From Balanoglossus misakiensis (Eukaryota; Animalia; Hemichordata), in NCBI GenBank assembly GCA_040954595.2, contig CM082586.2, positions 3,043,124 through 3,107,123 of the forward strand: a stretch of DNA of 64,000 bases, written 5' to 3'. Position numbers and translations under genes: made by a program. A model generated the notes under the pieces. The model was given only the letters and a program-made list of their open reading frames with translations. It was not told the DNA's origin and did no database searches. Positions 30,001 through 43,930 of this stretch are shown here, piece after piece (the first letter of the stretch is position 1; each line of letters opens with the position of its first letter).

Positions 30001-33000
30001 TCTGAAGCAAGGAACTGATGTACTGTCATCGCGTCATTTGGAGAAAAAAACGTGAAGCTAATTCAGCACACAATTATGCAATTTTACACAATCAAGTATC
30101 TTCGCATCTCATCATTGAATACGACGACATACTCGATTTTTCATCCACCATGGTGACCATGGCAACAACAAGAAACCTCCCCCCGCCCTCCGCAATTGTA
30201 CTCTTTCCCAACATTCCCTCGGAGCCCGAGGTACTTTCTTTCCAGGCCATTACGGAATACACAGCTGGGCATCAATATTCCAGGTGTTAAATAGTAACCA
30301 TTCCATAGCAGCCCACGGCACAGCGCGCATGCATTAAAATAATCAAATACCTATTTATGATCCAGCAAAGCTTTTGGCTCTCATTTATGTCAATATTGTC
30401 GAAAATTGGCGATGAAACCACATGGGTTACTGCAAAATGCATTGCTAATGAGGCTTTCAATATCGTGAGTGTGCGTACATTGAATGGATGGATTTCAATT
30501 TATGTACATACTATATGCCATGCATCTGGATACAGTCAAGATACAACTGTAAGCATTCTGAAATATTAAACCAGAAGGAGGTTGAAGATCTAGGATTCTA
30601 AGAACTAGATTTGTGTTTCTGTATGTATCCTGTTCGATAGTCTTTTTCGATAAAATTGAATTGTACCAAAATGCAATGACACGACAGAATGCTGCGGACT
30701 TCCGGGAATAGACTCATGGCCGACGGACAAACTACGCAAGTATACATTAGATTCACTGGAACTGACTCAATAAGCAGACAAAGGAAAGGAAGTCTGGCTC
30801 ACAGCGGACAATCTTATTCAACGTTAGTAACCCACACTGTTTGCCGATTCAAATCAAAACAAAACGCGACGAGAATATTAAAAGATTGTCTTGAAGTCCA
30901 ACTCCTCCTCCTTCCTGATGTCTGTGCCCATATAGGTCTGATCCGCCTGTTTTCCCACTTTTCCGTGTGTATTCCCACACAGTCCCTCAAGAAAGATTCC
31001 CACAAACACCGGAATCAAAACAATCCCTTAATTCTGTCTAAAAAAACAACATACACTGTATTGCAAGCACACATGTTCATTACCATTTTATTATGAAACA
31101 GGCACCTGTATTCTCTTGTTCAAATTTCAGAGCTTTTTCTGACTTAATCCACTCAACACCATCGGATTAGCAAAACTTAATCTTCCTAATCTACAGTGAA
31201 TCCATCCTTTGCAGTTGAGCACAATACGTATCAAGTTTCAAATAATCGCGCCTCTTCTACTGTACATGTACATACTCCTTCAAACTCACAGAATTCAGGA
31301 CAAAACATTACCCGGGTGGATGTACGTTCTTTTCCTGAAGGAAACCGAGAGGAAATCCTCATTCATGGATTACTTTCTTTAGAAGGAAACCAAGGCGAAA
31401 TCTTCCTTCGAGGGTGGTACACCTTCCTACTCACAGACAAAAGTGACTCACCCACCATTGAATGTCAGAAAAAAAATCAACAATGGCCACGCTCTGACAA
31501 ATCTTGGTGAATCGACAATGTCATAGTGACGAAAAATCAATGCAGTGAGTCTATCCACACTCAAGGTTATGTTTTTTTCTCCCATACATTTCACACCACA
31601 GATGTAGACCATCCCATACACAAACGGTCGTTGTGGTTACAGTTCCATATACATGAGTGTGAATAGACTGGGGTTTCATCAATGACAACTCCCTGGACAG
31701 TACAGAGTATATCCCTGTCCAGGGAATTCACTTCTGTTATTGGCACTAGACAAACATACATGTAGTTTCACCATTGGAAAATCACCGGTATCACAGACCA
31801 AGAGACAGAATGAAGCACGGTTTGAATGAACCTGTTTTTGAGTGAAACAGTACACACACACATCTGTACTAAGTCTTTAACTCAGGAAAATAACGATGTG
31901 ATTTTTTGCATTTGTTCGTTAATTGTGCTGTAAATATTTAAAAGCTGGGTGTTTTGTAAAGAAACACTTATCCAGCGTCTGCAAAGCTTAGCACCACCAG
32001 AAAATAAAGTTCTCTGAGGGAAGGGCCCAGTCAAGCGATGAGGCAGTATCGATATCGCTGTCACCACAAGTGGGCCAGACACCAGTGTTGACAGAAGCAC
32101 TGTGCCAGGGCAGGAAGGTGTGTGATTTCTTATGTACAAAATGTACATAACAACCAGGCCTGCAATCAAGCTAATGGTGTCCCACGGAAAGTCAACTTAA
32201 TCAGTCTGGTTTTCGCCGGCACAGGTGACAATCCATGTCCGTTTCATTCACCGAAGTGTGAAAGTAGTCGTACATCATGCACATGTCAATTTCTCTACAG
32301 CTGAGACTCAGATGGAGGAAACTGCTTCGCTATTATTAAATGCAGGCTTCTCCTCTCATGTATCACGACCACAAAGACGTCCTTCGCAATGCGGCAGACA
32401 CTGAGACAGACAGCACCTTCAATGAATAAGCCTTTTCCATCTCAATCGATCTCTATCTAACCAACTGTAGGTGAATTAGATTCCAGCCCTATTCAGCGAT
32501 AAAAACCGGGTCCCTGAACTCAATTATCGTGACCGTGACCTGAAAGGCAAGTGTCTGCTGTGTTTGCTGATCGACTGAATATAAAGATAAAATGCGACTT
32601 TTTAGGGTCATTCAGTTGTTAACACATTGGGGTGGGCATTGTCGAAAGTGTAAACCTATAAGTACACGGTCAACGGGTAATTTGGATACTGTGCCCTGAT
32701 CGGAAAATCCACACAGCTTTTGAAAGCAAACAAAGTAGGGCTGTCTGCAGCTAATTATGTTTGCTGAAATTCCTCTCACAACTCTCAAGGGTCAATTACT
32801 TGTTTGCATTTTAACTTAGGATGAAGTTGAGGATCAAATAAAACAACTGTTGTGTAATCATTTTTTTTCGCTGGGATTCTGTTAGCATGTGATATTAGTA
32901 TTATGTACACTTGAGTTTGCATCATGCATTGTGGGGGGGGGGGGCAGTGATGGGGAGGAAGGAGGTTTTATGGCTTCACGTCAGCCGCAAGATGATCTGC

Positions 33001-36000
33001 ATATCACACGCCGCATGGTGTAAAACATTACTTGCATGTACCCTGGGTTTTGGTGTAATGGCCACAGTGAGAGTGTTTGTGGGATCACAGAAGGTGTGAC
33101 ACGGATTTCAGTGTCGTGCAGAGTGATGAAATACTCCCCTGGTGTAGTGTAATGTTTCCTACAGAGGTGTAGATGTAACTTAGTGGGGGTAAGGCAAGAG
33201 TGAATATTACACGCAGCATTGAAATTTGATGTCAGCCATTTTTTTTTTTGGGGGGGGGGGGGGGGTTGATGTATGGAAAGAAGAAAACCACTGCCTGGTT
33301 CGGAAGACTTTGGCAGACCAGAATGTTGTGATAGGGCCTAAGAAAACAAGACAATGTCAACAGAAAAGGATGGATTTCTTACTTCTATCAAGGGCAAGGG
33401 TAGAGAAACCGGTGTTGTTTCACTTAAGTACCAACTTATATATGGCCCTATCAGGATTCAAGTGTGGGAACTGTCTAAGTGATCTGTGTCCATGAAAAAG
33501 CATGGTTACCTCTGCAGAGATGTGACCATCCATTGTTCAAGATCGGAGAATGATGTAAAATACCAAAGAGACTGAAACAAGATTTTTGCCTGGGCACTTG
33601 ACATGAAGCACCAATACTATACACGCTATGCACACCATCAATTTCACTAAAAAGTTTGTCGAGATAAAGATGAAAATCTCCGAGACTCAACTCCGTCTCG
33701 GCATGGCAGTCCATTTTGATCGCCACAAAAGCGGCGGTATGCAGCCCATGAATGGGTGACTGGCCAGGCGCGCAGAGAGTTGAGTAATCCCCACCAAAAC
33801 AAAGTCTTCAAATCCACCCCTGCCACTTTCCCGACACAAGCAAAAATTTCTGGAACCGACTGCGACAACAAAAGGCCGCGGCACGCTGGAACCACGAGAA
33901 GAATAAAAGCCGACCGCTCACATTAAAGCAATCGAAGTGTGCGCTCTCCAGACAAGAGTTTAGTCTGACGAGGAGACCACAATGGACGCTTATCGTCCTC
34001 AGCGGGTCGGTGTGGGTGTCAAATATAATAGCAGGCAGCCAGAGCAGATAACAGGCGGGTGCTATCAACACTTTAGACTCCTATTAGGCAGAAGCCGCTG
34101 ATTGCACAGTGTGAATTATGACTACATTATTACCGGCAATCTACGTCTTGACTTCACATATTTCTATAATCTCTTAGACTTTGATACAGAGAATACCGTT
34201 TGACCCGAAGCCAGGTTTAATGCATCTTTTCACGTCTTCAAGGCTTTGGGAAATTTTAATGGGTGCATACGTGACTCAACTTAAAGATTTTTATGCAATT
34301 TCACATACCAGTGAATAGAAGATGGTTTTTTGCAATGTACAGATAGACTTCATGCTTTTACCAAGTTAAATGTCTTGGTCGGCTAGCCTTCACTTTTACC
34401 TTCAGGCCAAGATTTCACAGCAAGTCCCACAGAAATCATTGTCACATAAAACATCAACAACACAGGAAATGTTTTTCCAAGAAATCTTTTCCCTAGGCCA
34501 CACCTCGTCTGTTCTCAGTTCATCTAGCTTGTCCATTTGTTATGCAACAGAGACAGAAACTCTGAGAAGTTCTTCATGAATTTGGTTCTGCACATACACC
34601 CTTGATTCTTGTTCTTCTCACAAACATGTAGCATATTAAAATCATCCTGGTTTGGACCTGTCAACACTCGACCTGTATCGCCAACGCTGCTCATTTTAGC
34701 AGAATAACTGACTCAAGTCTGGATTTCAACTCAACTGTCAAAATAAACTAAAACGACACAAGCTTGTATATATGTGTAATGTGTGCTGTCAAAAACGACC
34801 GCACACATTACATTCACACATTCCGTGCTGACAAGCCCATTACAAGGTGGTTCATTGAGAGAAGATTTTTGGACAAAAATAAGGAAATCTTGCCTACACG
34901 TTTCATGATAACACAAATGATAAATTTTTCAATCTGTTTTATCATCAGAATTCACGATAATTGTTTACATGCGTTTTCACAGATACTACAATTAACTACC
35001 CATCTCGTCTGCAGACTACACAGTATTATCTCTTCACCCCAAATCCTTGCTAGACACAATTGTTTACATAAAACTATTAAGACTTTAAAGGGCATAAACT
35101 AATAAGCCAGTCTCCAATTAGCAAACCCAAACACACATATACACACAACATGTGCAAGAGGACTAGTGATGTCCAATATCTTGCATTCCTCCAGTCTCAT
35201 AATCTGTTCCAATTTGAGTGTTTCCCTCGACCAATTACGCCGCAATATGCTGTGGATGAAGTATAACCTTCTGACTGAATTAGAAAACCACTGATTACAT
35301 CGCAAATCCCATTTCGTTAAAAGCATGCAGCTAATTAGGAGCCGTTTGCGGGGACAATTTACGGCATGGGGGTTTCTAAACCAAACAAGTTCTGTACAAA
35401 GTTCATCAAGCATATGTAGAGGATTATATTTGGCCTACATGTAATTCTTTGTGTGTTGTACACTTATTCTAAAGTCACTCTTCTCTGAGATTTTTCCTAT
35501 GCAATGGGGCCCAGACCCATCTCGAAGTCTGACAGCCTTGTATTGGGTCTGGGTAACAGAGCTTACCAGACAAAAGACTACACAGAGACATAGACAATCC
35601 TTGCGTCAGGCCCCCACACACCGGGATTCAAGCTTCAACCGGTGAAAAAAAGAACTGTTATGCAAGGCAGGCGCAACCCTTAGACTCAAACAACAAAGTT
35701 TTCATAAAAGCTGAGAGAGGATGAAAAGGGGTTGAAACAAAGAGAAAGGAAACGGTTCTGAGAAAGCCATCTCGGTTAATGGTCACATGTAGCTGTAGTC
35801 ATTCTTTCTCTTGTTTTACGGCCATCTCACACCAGCATAGACTACCACATGACGGGCCGAAACATGGCCGACAAGTACAGCTCGAACACAAAAACGAACC
35901 CACAAGCTGGCAACCAACATAGCAATCTTGAAAAACATGACTAACATAACGTAACCACAGATCACCATGTCCAACAAACCAGTGAGCCAGGAACCTCACA

Positions 36001-38322
36001 GAGTCACATGAATGCATGTAAACCACATACATGCGAACTAGACATGTACACTTCAGCATCCAGGGGAACCCTCTCAGCCAGTCACACCACCAAAGTAGAC
36101 CATCCCATTCTGACAGTCACAGAGGGCCCTACACACAATTAACCTAATTTGTATACAATTGAACCATCTGCAAATACAATAAATATTACCAGCCTGGAAG
36201 CCAGTCATACCATAACCACTTCAAAACAAAGGCTGGCCAAACTATTCACAAGAAATAAAAATGATTTACACTACAGTCAGCATTTCACCTTCAAGTACAT
36301 AATTGCTCTCCCAGTGAATGGGGCGCCTTCTCATCACGATTTTATCGAAAATTTCAAGCCTTGACCTATGACCCCTCAAAAATATCTCTTCCGTGACACA
36401 CTTTTTATTAAACTCTGCTTTGGACCTTTCATGTATTTTTTCACCCCAGTCTGTGTGTTACATAAGATTACTGCGTTCGAAGAAAAGACAATTCTGAAAA
36501 GAATCAACGTTTTCACAATTACAATGAAAAGGAATCACAGCAAAGCTCGCTTACACCTGTTGAATTCTAAACAGAACGATGTAAAAGCTTTTCAGCGAGC
36601 ATGTAGGATAGCTAAAGATCGGGAGAAAAGAAACCTATTATTTGCTTCATAATTCCCCCTATTTATAGTGGGTAGGGCTCATCTGTAATTTGTAGCTTTT
36701 GCCTGTTTTCACAATCACAACAGAACTGGTTGGGCATATTACTGGTGGCGGTGCACTCCTCGGCCACTTTGTTGTCTGCTGTAAGTAACAGTCTGGGAGG
36801 GGGGAAAGAATACGTCGTCTGTTGGCCGCAACAAAGCAGTCTTTTGACCCTGTAACTGCACCGGACCTTGGTTCATATCGACCGAGGAGCACTAGAGCTC
36901 CAGTCTGTCAGCTTGTCTCCGGCTCTCACTGGTTCAAAACGACCCTGGAAACTGTCCTCCAAAGAGAGACGGGGGCAACTAGCTTTCGGGGGGTTCAGTC
37001 AGTCATAGATGACTAGCCATTAAGGTCTCAGAAAAAAAAATCACTGTGGAAATAAAATGCACCATCCCCGGTGGATGTATGTGCACTGAATACAAAATCT
37101 GCACAAACCCCGGCAGTCGTAGTTGCAGCATTCTATTTATAGACAAATCTTACTGCTCACAAAAAAATAATCCTCCGTACAATGTAGGCTGGATCTGGCC
37201 TGGGGATACCACACACATGATGTGTTACGATTACAGAATGATTAGCAAAAACAATATTTTGCCACAATGTGGACAGAAATATATGCAAATGCTTGAAAAT
37301 CTTATCATCACAAGTAGTATCACCTCTGATAAAAAAAACACTGGAAATTTGTTCTTTTGCCGGATGACCGTTTATTTGACGGTAGCGGTTCTAGACCAAG
37401 GGTCTTGGCACAGCAGTTGCTGGACAAACCCACTTCAGAGAAGTTCACGGTTGGATGACTAGATCAATAGCATTACTTTGGCCTCAAGATATGCCCAATT
37501 GCTCCTCTGGCGGTCTGTACCATGCCAGCTACCGGATTTTTCTTTCTGGTCCACTCCGATCTACATACAGGCAAGTCTCAGAAAAGCACACTACAAATGA
37601 CTTCTACATTTTCCACAGACAGGATGGTCCGATCGACCCCCACAAAGCAGAGATGAACCAAATTAAAAGTTAAGCAAGACAGGGCAATACAGGAGGGACA
37701 CATTCCAACTGCATACCGCTTCCAAGCAACCCTCAAATGCTAACCAGCCGATCGCTCATTATAAAGCAATATATCTAACACGGGAGTGTTTTTGCTACTC
37801 TGTCGGCGACACAGTCATGATTATTGAGGGTGAAATTTTTGCAAACACCCCCAGAATAACCGCTACTCCAAAACTACTGCAAACCCACTAGTTCTATTTC
37901 ACACCTTCTAGCGATGCCAAACACTTGGCTTATAAAATTACTTCACTAGATACAAAATAACTGCTTTTTCCTCAGAATCCCAGGTGAACCACTTTATTGT
38001 CTATTCCCAGGAGGCATGCATGCGATAATACTCACAACACACAATCATTTTACCACTATTTTACTGTGCAAGACAAAAACTGGCGACTGCAACACCTGGT
38101 AAGAAACACAGAAGCCAAAATCAGACAACAGAACAGCCTGGCCGAGCCAGACAGATGTCCTGACTGACTTTATAAGCCGATCCCGAGGTAATTGATCATT
38201 CTTAAGAAAGAAGGACCTCGGGTCAGTGTCCTTATTTGCAACTAGATGTGTCCGGGTGTTGATACACATACATGTATATGTAGACTCCAGAGCACCAACT
38301 CACAGACACTCCACTTAACACA

Positions 38323-38415
38323 TTAACCCTTTCACCACTATGGTTTGGTCCAAATCCATTGTTTTCTATGGTAAAGTTGGACCTCTATAGAGGGAACTGG
38401 GTGTGAAAGGGTTAA
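38323..38415. mobile_element. About 90-bp TTAA-flanked MITE (piggyBac-like ends)
   Basis: TTAA-CCCTTTCAC ... GTGAAAGGG-TTAA terminal inverted repeats. A second, inverted copy lies at 53590-53680. Confidence 0.8.
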
Positions 38416-41400
38416 ACTTGAAGCATAAACTGCTCAATTCTCCACTTCGGGGCATTTGTTTCCAAGCCATCCTCTTCAGAGGTCCAAAACAACCATCAGG
38501 TATGCGAGGGGAACTCCCACCCAAAACAGATCACAAAATCCTTTGGGTGTAGCGCCATAAATCCGGATAACTGCAGACACACCGGATTCCCGTATTGGGC
38601 ATTATGGACTCTGGAAATTCCCTTCCGTTATAAACTACCTGATTGAGATTCCAACGTCCCACACCCACCTGTTTCGGTGAAGAAGGGTGTTCCCTATCGC
38701 CACACCTTTAAACACTTCCTGGATACTTTTTAAGTCCCGGGAAAAAAAATTCCCCGCCAAAACTCTTCAACTTCTGCACCTGCAGCGTATGTAAACACAC
38801 CACTTCATTTATCATAATAACACAGCCAGTCTGCCTCTCAGGAATTCCAAATCGACACCACTGTAAAGTAAGTTACAAACTTGGCACACACGTGTAGATG
38901 AGGTCAGTAACCCTCTGACACCCTCCTGCAATTTAACGGTCAAAACTTACGATAAGCAGACCACGTGAAAGGAACATCTCTGGGATGCCTTGTCTAACAT
39001 TTTTCAAACTGAGTGTGAGACACTATGATTTTTTTAATTCTAACTGTTGAATTAAGTCATCAGCAGCAATTTGGTGAACACAGTACATTGTAGCTCTAAC
39101 CATTTGACCAGTACGAACAGACCAAGTACATCCATTTTCACCAATTTGATTCATACATAGTAAAACTGCCTGCCTGCAGGATAAAACTGGTAGCTGACCG
39201 GTGCTAATGGGGTGTGAGGTTCAATTAGTTGACGCACACAGCAAATAGCAACACCTCTGTGAGTGTGTACAGTACACGCAACTCCTTTGCAAATTAAGGG
39301 CAGTGACGTCAACTTCGTGACACACACACAAGCTGTCCTGTCCTATCTGTACAGCACAGGCAAGCACAACGACTCTGACATTCGAAGTGGCTGCATGAAT
39401 CACGGACGTGACTGACGCACAGCCAATAATTGAAACGACAGAAATATCTAACAGATACACACAGGCGATATTATCTAGATACCGTTTATTGACCATTCAC
39501 CGATGGATACTGAATTGACTATGAATCAATGCCCCATTTTGAATCAATGCCGGCCTATCACTGTATCTGTAGATTTTATGGTAAAGGTTATGGGGGCAGA
39601 AGTCTGTGTGTACGACTACGCTACATGCGGGTCTCTGTACGTGCTGACCTGCACTTGAATTAGTGTGGCTTTCAGAGGCCAATTTGCCACGACTGATCTA
39701 ACTGACCAAAATAAGGGGTGACTGAAATTATTTTGAAACTGCCTAATAAGTAATAATAAAGTCGAGTGCAGAATCACAAAGCAGAAGTGATATAGACTCC
39801 AACATAATACCAGATTCGCAGTCAGAAATTCAGACTTCAAGATCACCTTGACCAAAAATCAATAAGACTATTAGAACTAGTGGATATACATTTAATAGGT
39901 GTTTAATGGGTGCTCTTCTGTGTAATAATGGGTGGTTTTATTACCACCTGTTGAACTGTTGAACTCACGAGATGGCCATGATTGAAGTCATATCAACTTG
40001 GCATATGGTACTACCGATACCATATTACAATCAAAGAACCCATATGGAGGTACATTTGATATCCCATTGGCTTACACGAAATATTTCTACAGAAAACATC
40101 CACCAGTTTCGGACATTCCAAAGGTTTTTCCCCACCTAAACCAATTTCGAGGCCATAAAACTGCCACCATTCATTAGCTGTGAACGGCAAGTCACCAATT
40201 TGAGTCAAAATATTTGCGACATTCTGTGATTATGAAAAATAGTCTGAATGGTCATGTAGTCAAGCTGTGCACACAGGCAGCATTGCCCTTCTCTTTGCTC
40301 ACTGTATATATATAGATCAATTATTTTATCAAGCTCTCTCACTCACACATACAGGTATGGTTCTCCTACACTACATTTACTACAATTTCAGGGTACTCTC
40401 CACGCACATTTTAACATCATTGATGCAATGTAAACTTATAAAAATTCACTGGCAAACCCACTGGGAAAGACATTTTCCACTACAGTCATCGTGCAATGTA
40501 GTTTATGAGAACTCCGAAACACAAATACACGAAAGCATACACATTTTATTGGGATTATGAATATAGATGCCACAAATTCCAATGCTTGCCCGGTGAAACC
40601 ACTCAACCATCTACAAATCAAAACACCCACCCACACACAGGACAGTTACATGATGAGGGCAACAGCTTGTCTGCGACTGACCCAGTCGACTTTTTTCTTT
40701 AATCACAAATTCTACTCATGGCTAGTATTAGCAGAAAAATCGGGACATTTGATGTACCATCATCAACACTGTTATGTGCATACACATACGTTTTGGTTAT
40801 TAGCAGAATTGTCAGCAAATAATGTATATACCTATAGCAGCAAGAAAGGGGTTTCCCCCATGGATGGGAAAAACCTGCCACCAATCAAAACAAACACTAA
40901 CTTAGTTAAAATAATTACACATTGTTTGGACCAAACTTCCCACACAGCATGCCAAGCAATACAGAATAAGTGTACAGTACAAAAAAAGCCAACAAAACAG
41001 GAAGACATGGTAAAGGAAATCTGAACTAATTCCACAAATCTACTGACTCCACCCTTTTAAGACAGACAAAATAGCGATAAGTGGTTTTCACTTATCACTC
41101 TTAAATCATTGCCATTTCTCATTCATTGCTGATGATGACTTAATACTTAAAAGAAAGTTGACGGCTCTTTAACGCTGAAACCATGAATATTAAAGTCATT
41201 TTAGTGATAGTTTATCTATACTGTGGAAAAATGGACAATTATTGTCTAACGTAGTGGAAGAGGGAAGACCTCATGCAGTTAGTAAAAGGTCATAATCACT
41301 TTCTGGGTCCTCGCCATACCTGTAGTTTGGTCTAACCTAAGAGCTTTTAATGAAAAATTGGACCTGCACACTTGTAAATGGGGGTGACAGCAATTTCTGT

Positions 41401-42879
41401 ACTTTGCCCTTCAATGTACGTTGTCTCTCCCATTTTAACCAATTGAAAGCATTTTGACTTGAAATCGAGGTGTTTCTCAGGAAGACAAGCTGTCTGATTG
41501 GTGGTCGGAGGATACCGCTGAATCGCAGCTGATCCTGGTGTAAGTGGGTGGGTGGTGGGGGAGCCGTAAAATGCCTTTCAAACAGAAGTGGCAGGCCTGG
41601 AATGTGTCTGAAGGCAAGTTGAGACACGCTTTAAAACAATGGAAAGGAATTAATGTGAATGGGAATGTTACATAACCTCTCGGATCATGGAAAAAAGGAA
41701 AAAGTCGGACAAAACCGGATAAGCTTTAATTTCGCCCACTCACATACAGAAAAACAAACAACTGCACCTAGGTGGGGTGCCCATGATGACCACACCAAAT
41801 CTCAGCCAACGCTATCCCGCTGCAAGCTATTGAAAACCACCTCTTGAAAGTTTATCCACCAGACTTCTATAGCTGAGAACACTAATCAAGATGTTCGAAA
41901 TCTCATAATCGAGTGAACGCGATACCCCTGGCAAAACTAGACCTTCTGCGTTTTTATTGTGAGCTGTTGCCCCCCACGTTCCGGACTGTCGTTCTTTCCA
42001 AAGGCACTTGATTTGCACTTCACACTCCCAACCCCACAAAACCAGACAATGTCAGATATTTTTATGAGTCCACAAAGACCATCTTGACCCAGACAAACCT
42101 AACCCAGCCCTGGGATTTCTGCATAATCCAGGCTGAATTCTTAGATTTCCAAGTCAGACTGGGTCAGCGGCACAACACTGATTTTTGTTTCACCGCTCCT
42201 TATTCGTTGCCTCCCCATGAAGAGAAATTCTGCAGGCAGGGGATCGGAGCTTGTCACAGGGTTAGGAGACATGCATGTGTACACACGGTGTGTTTGGAAG
42301 GGGGTCAAATGCTTTTGAACACCGCTCAAAAGAAAGTGGTCTGGCTAGGATTTCACACTTCCTCAAGTGGCTAGGGGATGTGGGGGTCTCTCCTCCAGTA
42401 CACCCGGACTGTTGCTATTTTCCACCTATTGTGTAATAAACAGTCCACTTTGAATGGTATGTCCACGGCGTAAATATGCAACACCAATGACGGGGCTCTT
42501 TACAGCAGCCCCAGTTGCTTCCTTATAAACACAGCGCAGAGCAAATGGATTCATAAACATTACGCACGGCTGCGAATGGCCAACAACAAGCGCTGGGAGC
42601 CAATCGGGCAGCAAAACCAAGCCCACCACACACACACACACCCCTCCCTCGGTCAGTGTCTTACCCACGAGTTTGGCAAGTAATCGACAACTTGGTTTCC
42701 TTTAACGCCTCTGTGAAAATCAATTCGGAAAACAAGTTGTGAATTACACCAAACACGACACTACCGTGTTTGTGTTTACCGGTTTGGCCACACTTGGTTT
42801 TGCTGCCCGTTCACTCCCTGATTGACCGGCCAACTTTGGCCAGGCCCACTTATCTATAACACACTATATCTGTACTTAC

Positions 42880-43775
42880 TTATCATACTCCGCATTATCC
42901 TGGTCACACCTTGAATCGGAGACCTTCTTCCAACTTTTCCCATGCTTGCAGGTTGTGAGAAGTATTATATCTTGTCCATTATGTACATGATATAAGGCAT
43001 TGCGTGTTTCTGACCCAATCCCAGTCAAGTAACGTTTCCCCTTGAAAACAAGCAAGTATTTCCTGGAAACTGGAAAATTATTGGTTTGCAGATCACCACG
43101 GTACCCACCTTTACTTGGATGGTCTTTTGAAAACAGTGGTATCGAAATGTCAAAATTCGGTCTAAAATTATGAAAACTAAGGCTGGCTTTGGCCAGAATG
43201 GCCTGTTCAGTATCAAAACCTAACTCCAACTCGGTGTACTCAGGCCACGTACCAGAATACAGATTAAACACAACGTGATTTTGCCCATTGTTCCACAGTG
43301 GCAGGGATTGTATTTTACCTTGTACATTTTTCACATAATCGAGGCTGAGGTGATCCCGATCTAAGGTGTCTATGGAAGGTACGAATACACAGGCTTTCTT
43401 GGGATCCGACGTGTAGAACCTCGAATCACGAATCGCAGTCAGAATCTTTTGATAGGCTTCACTAACTTTCTCACCTTCCTGTGTTGGGTAAACGTAAACT
43501 TTGAAGTCGTTCTTACACAATGAAAAATTAAAACACGTTTCCATGCGACATTTGTGGTTCTTGTAGAGGTTAGTCCTAGCGTTCCGCCTCTGTCCGGGGG
43601 ATATGTGTAGATCTTGATCGTAGTGGACATCGTCCTGGTCAAGGTAAGACCGAAGACCCGAAAGCCGGTCTACATTGTGTAGGCTGCTATTCTTCACATG
43701 AAGTCCAACGTATAAAAATAATACCAGCAACACTCCACTGATAGTCACCAAAATGTAACGCTTCTTGGCCTGCAT
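42880..43775 (-). CDS. EXT1: Exostosin-1 (heparan sulfate polymerase), first coding exon; the rest of the gene lies beyond the left window edge
   Basis: The ORF begins MQAKKRY plus a type II signal anchor, as vertebrate EXT1 does. It contains [76 protein letters not shown] and TTCKHGK. It ends at ...EYDK with a phase-2 donor AA|GTAAGT (GT at 42879-42878), the same position and phase as human EXT1 exon 1. ATG is at 43775. Confidence 0.97.
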
Positions 43776-43858
43776 GGAGAAGACACATCCAGTACCGGAC
43801 TGTACTGAAACCAACCACAGAGTACTTACGAGAGAAGAGAAAACGCAGGTTGTTTCAC

Positions 43859-43930
43859 GGGGAATTCCACCTCCTTCCGTCCAGTCGCCATCTTGTTCGT
43901 CTAATGCCTAGCTTACATGTGTGCGGAAAT
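43859..43930 (-). promoter_or_regulatory. Probable EXT1 promoter/5'UTR region with YY1, ETS-like and kB-like motifs
   Basis: CAAGATGGCGAC on the minus strand at 43884-43895 (YY1 consensus, typical just downstream of a TSS). CGGAA cores lie nearby, and GGGGAATTCC is at 43859-43868. The region is about 85-155 nt upstream of the ATG. Confidence 0.45.

Larger units (their letters stand above)
1..42879 (-). other. EXT1: EXT1 intron 1 (at least 42.9 kb, open at the window edge)
   Basis: Canonical donor at 42879. I did not recognise EXT1 exon 2 (expected YDY..LHN.TFCLVPRGRRLGSFRF) or any other convincing coding ORF downstream on the minus strand. An exon shorter than the ORF-track cutoff could have been missed. 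Confidence 0.75.

Noticed and set aside
43776-43814. N-terminal extension of the EXT1 ORF (MVSVQSGTG...)
   Set aside because: It starts at TTG; the conserved EXT1 start is MQAKKRY at 43775.
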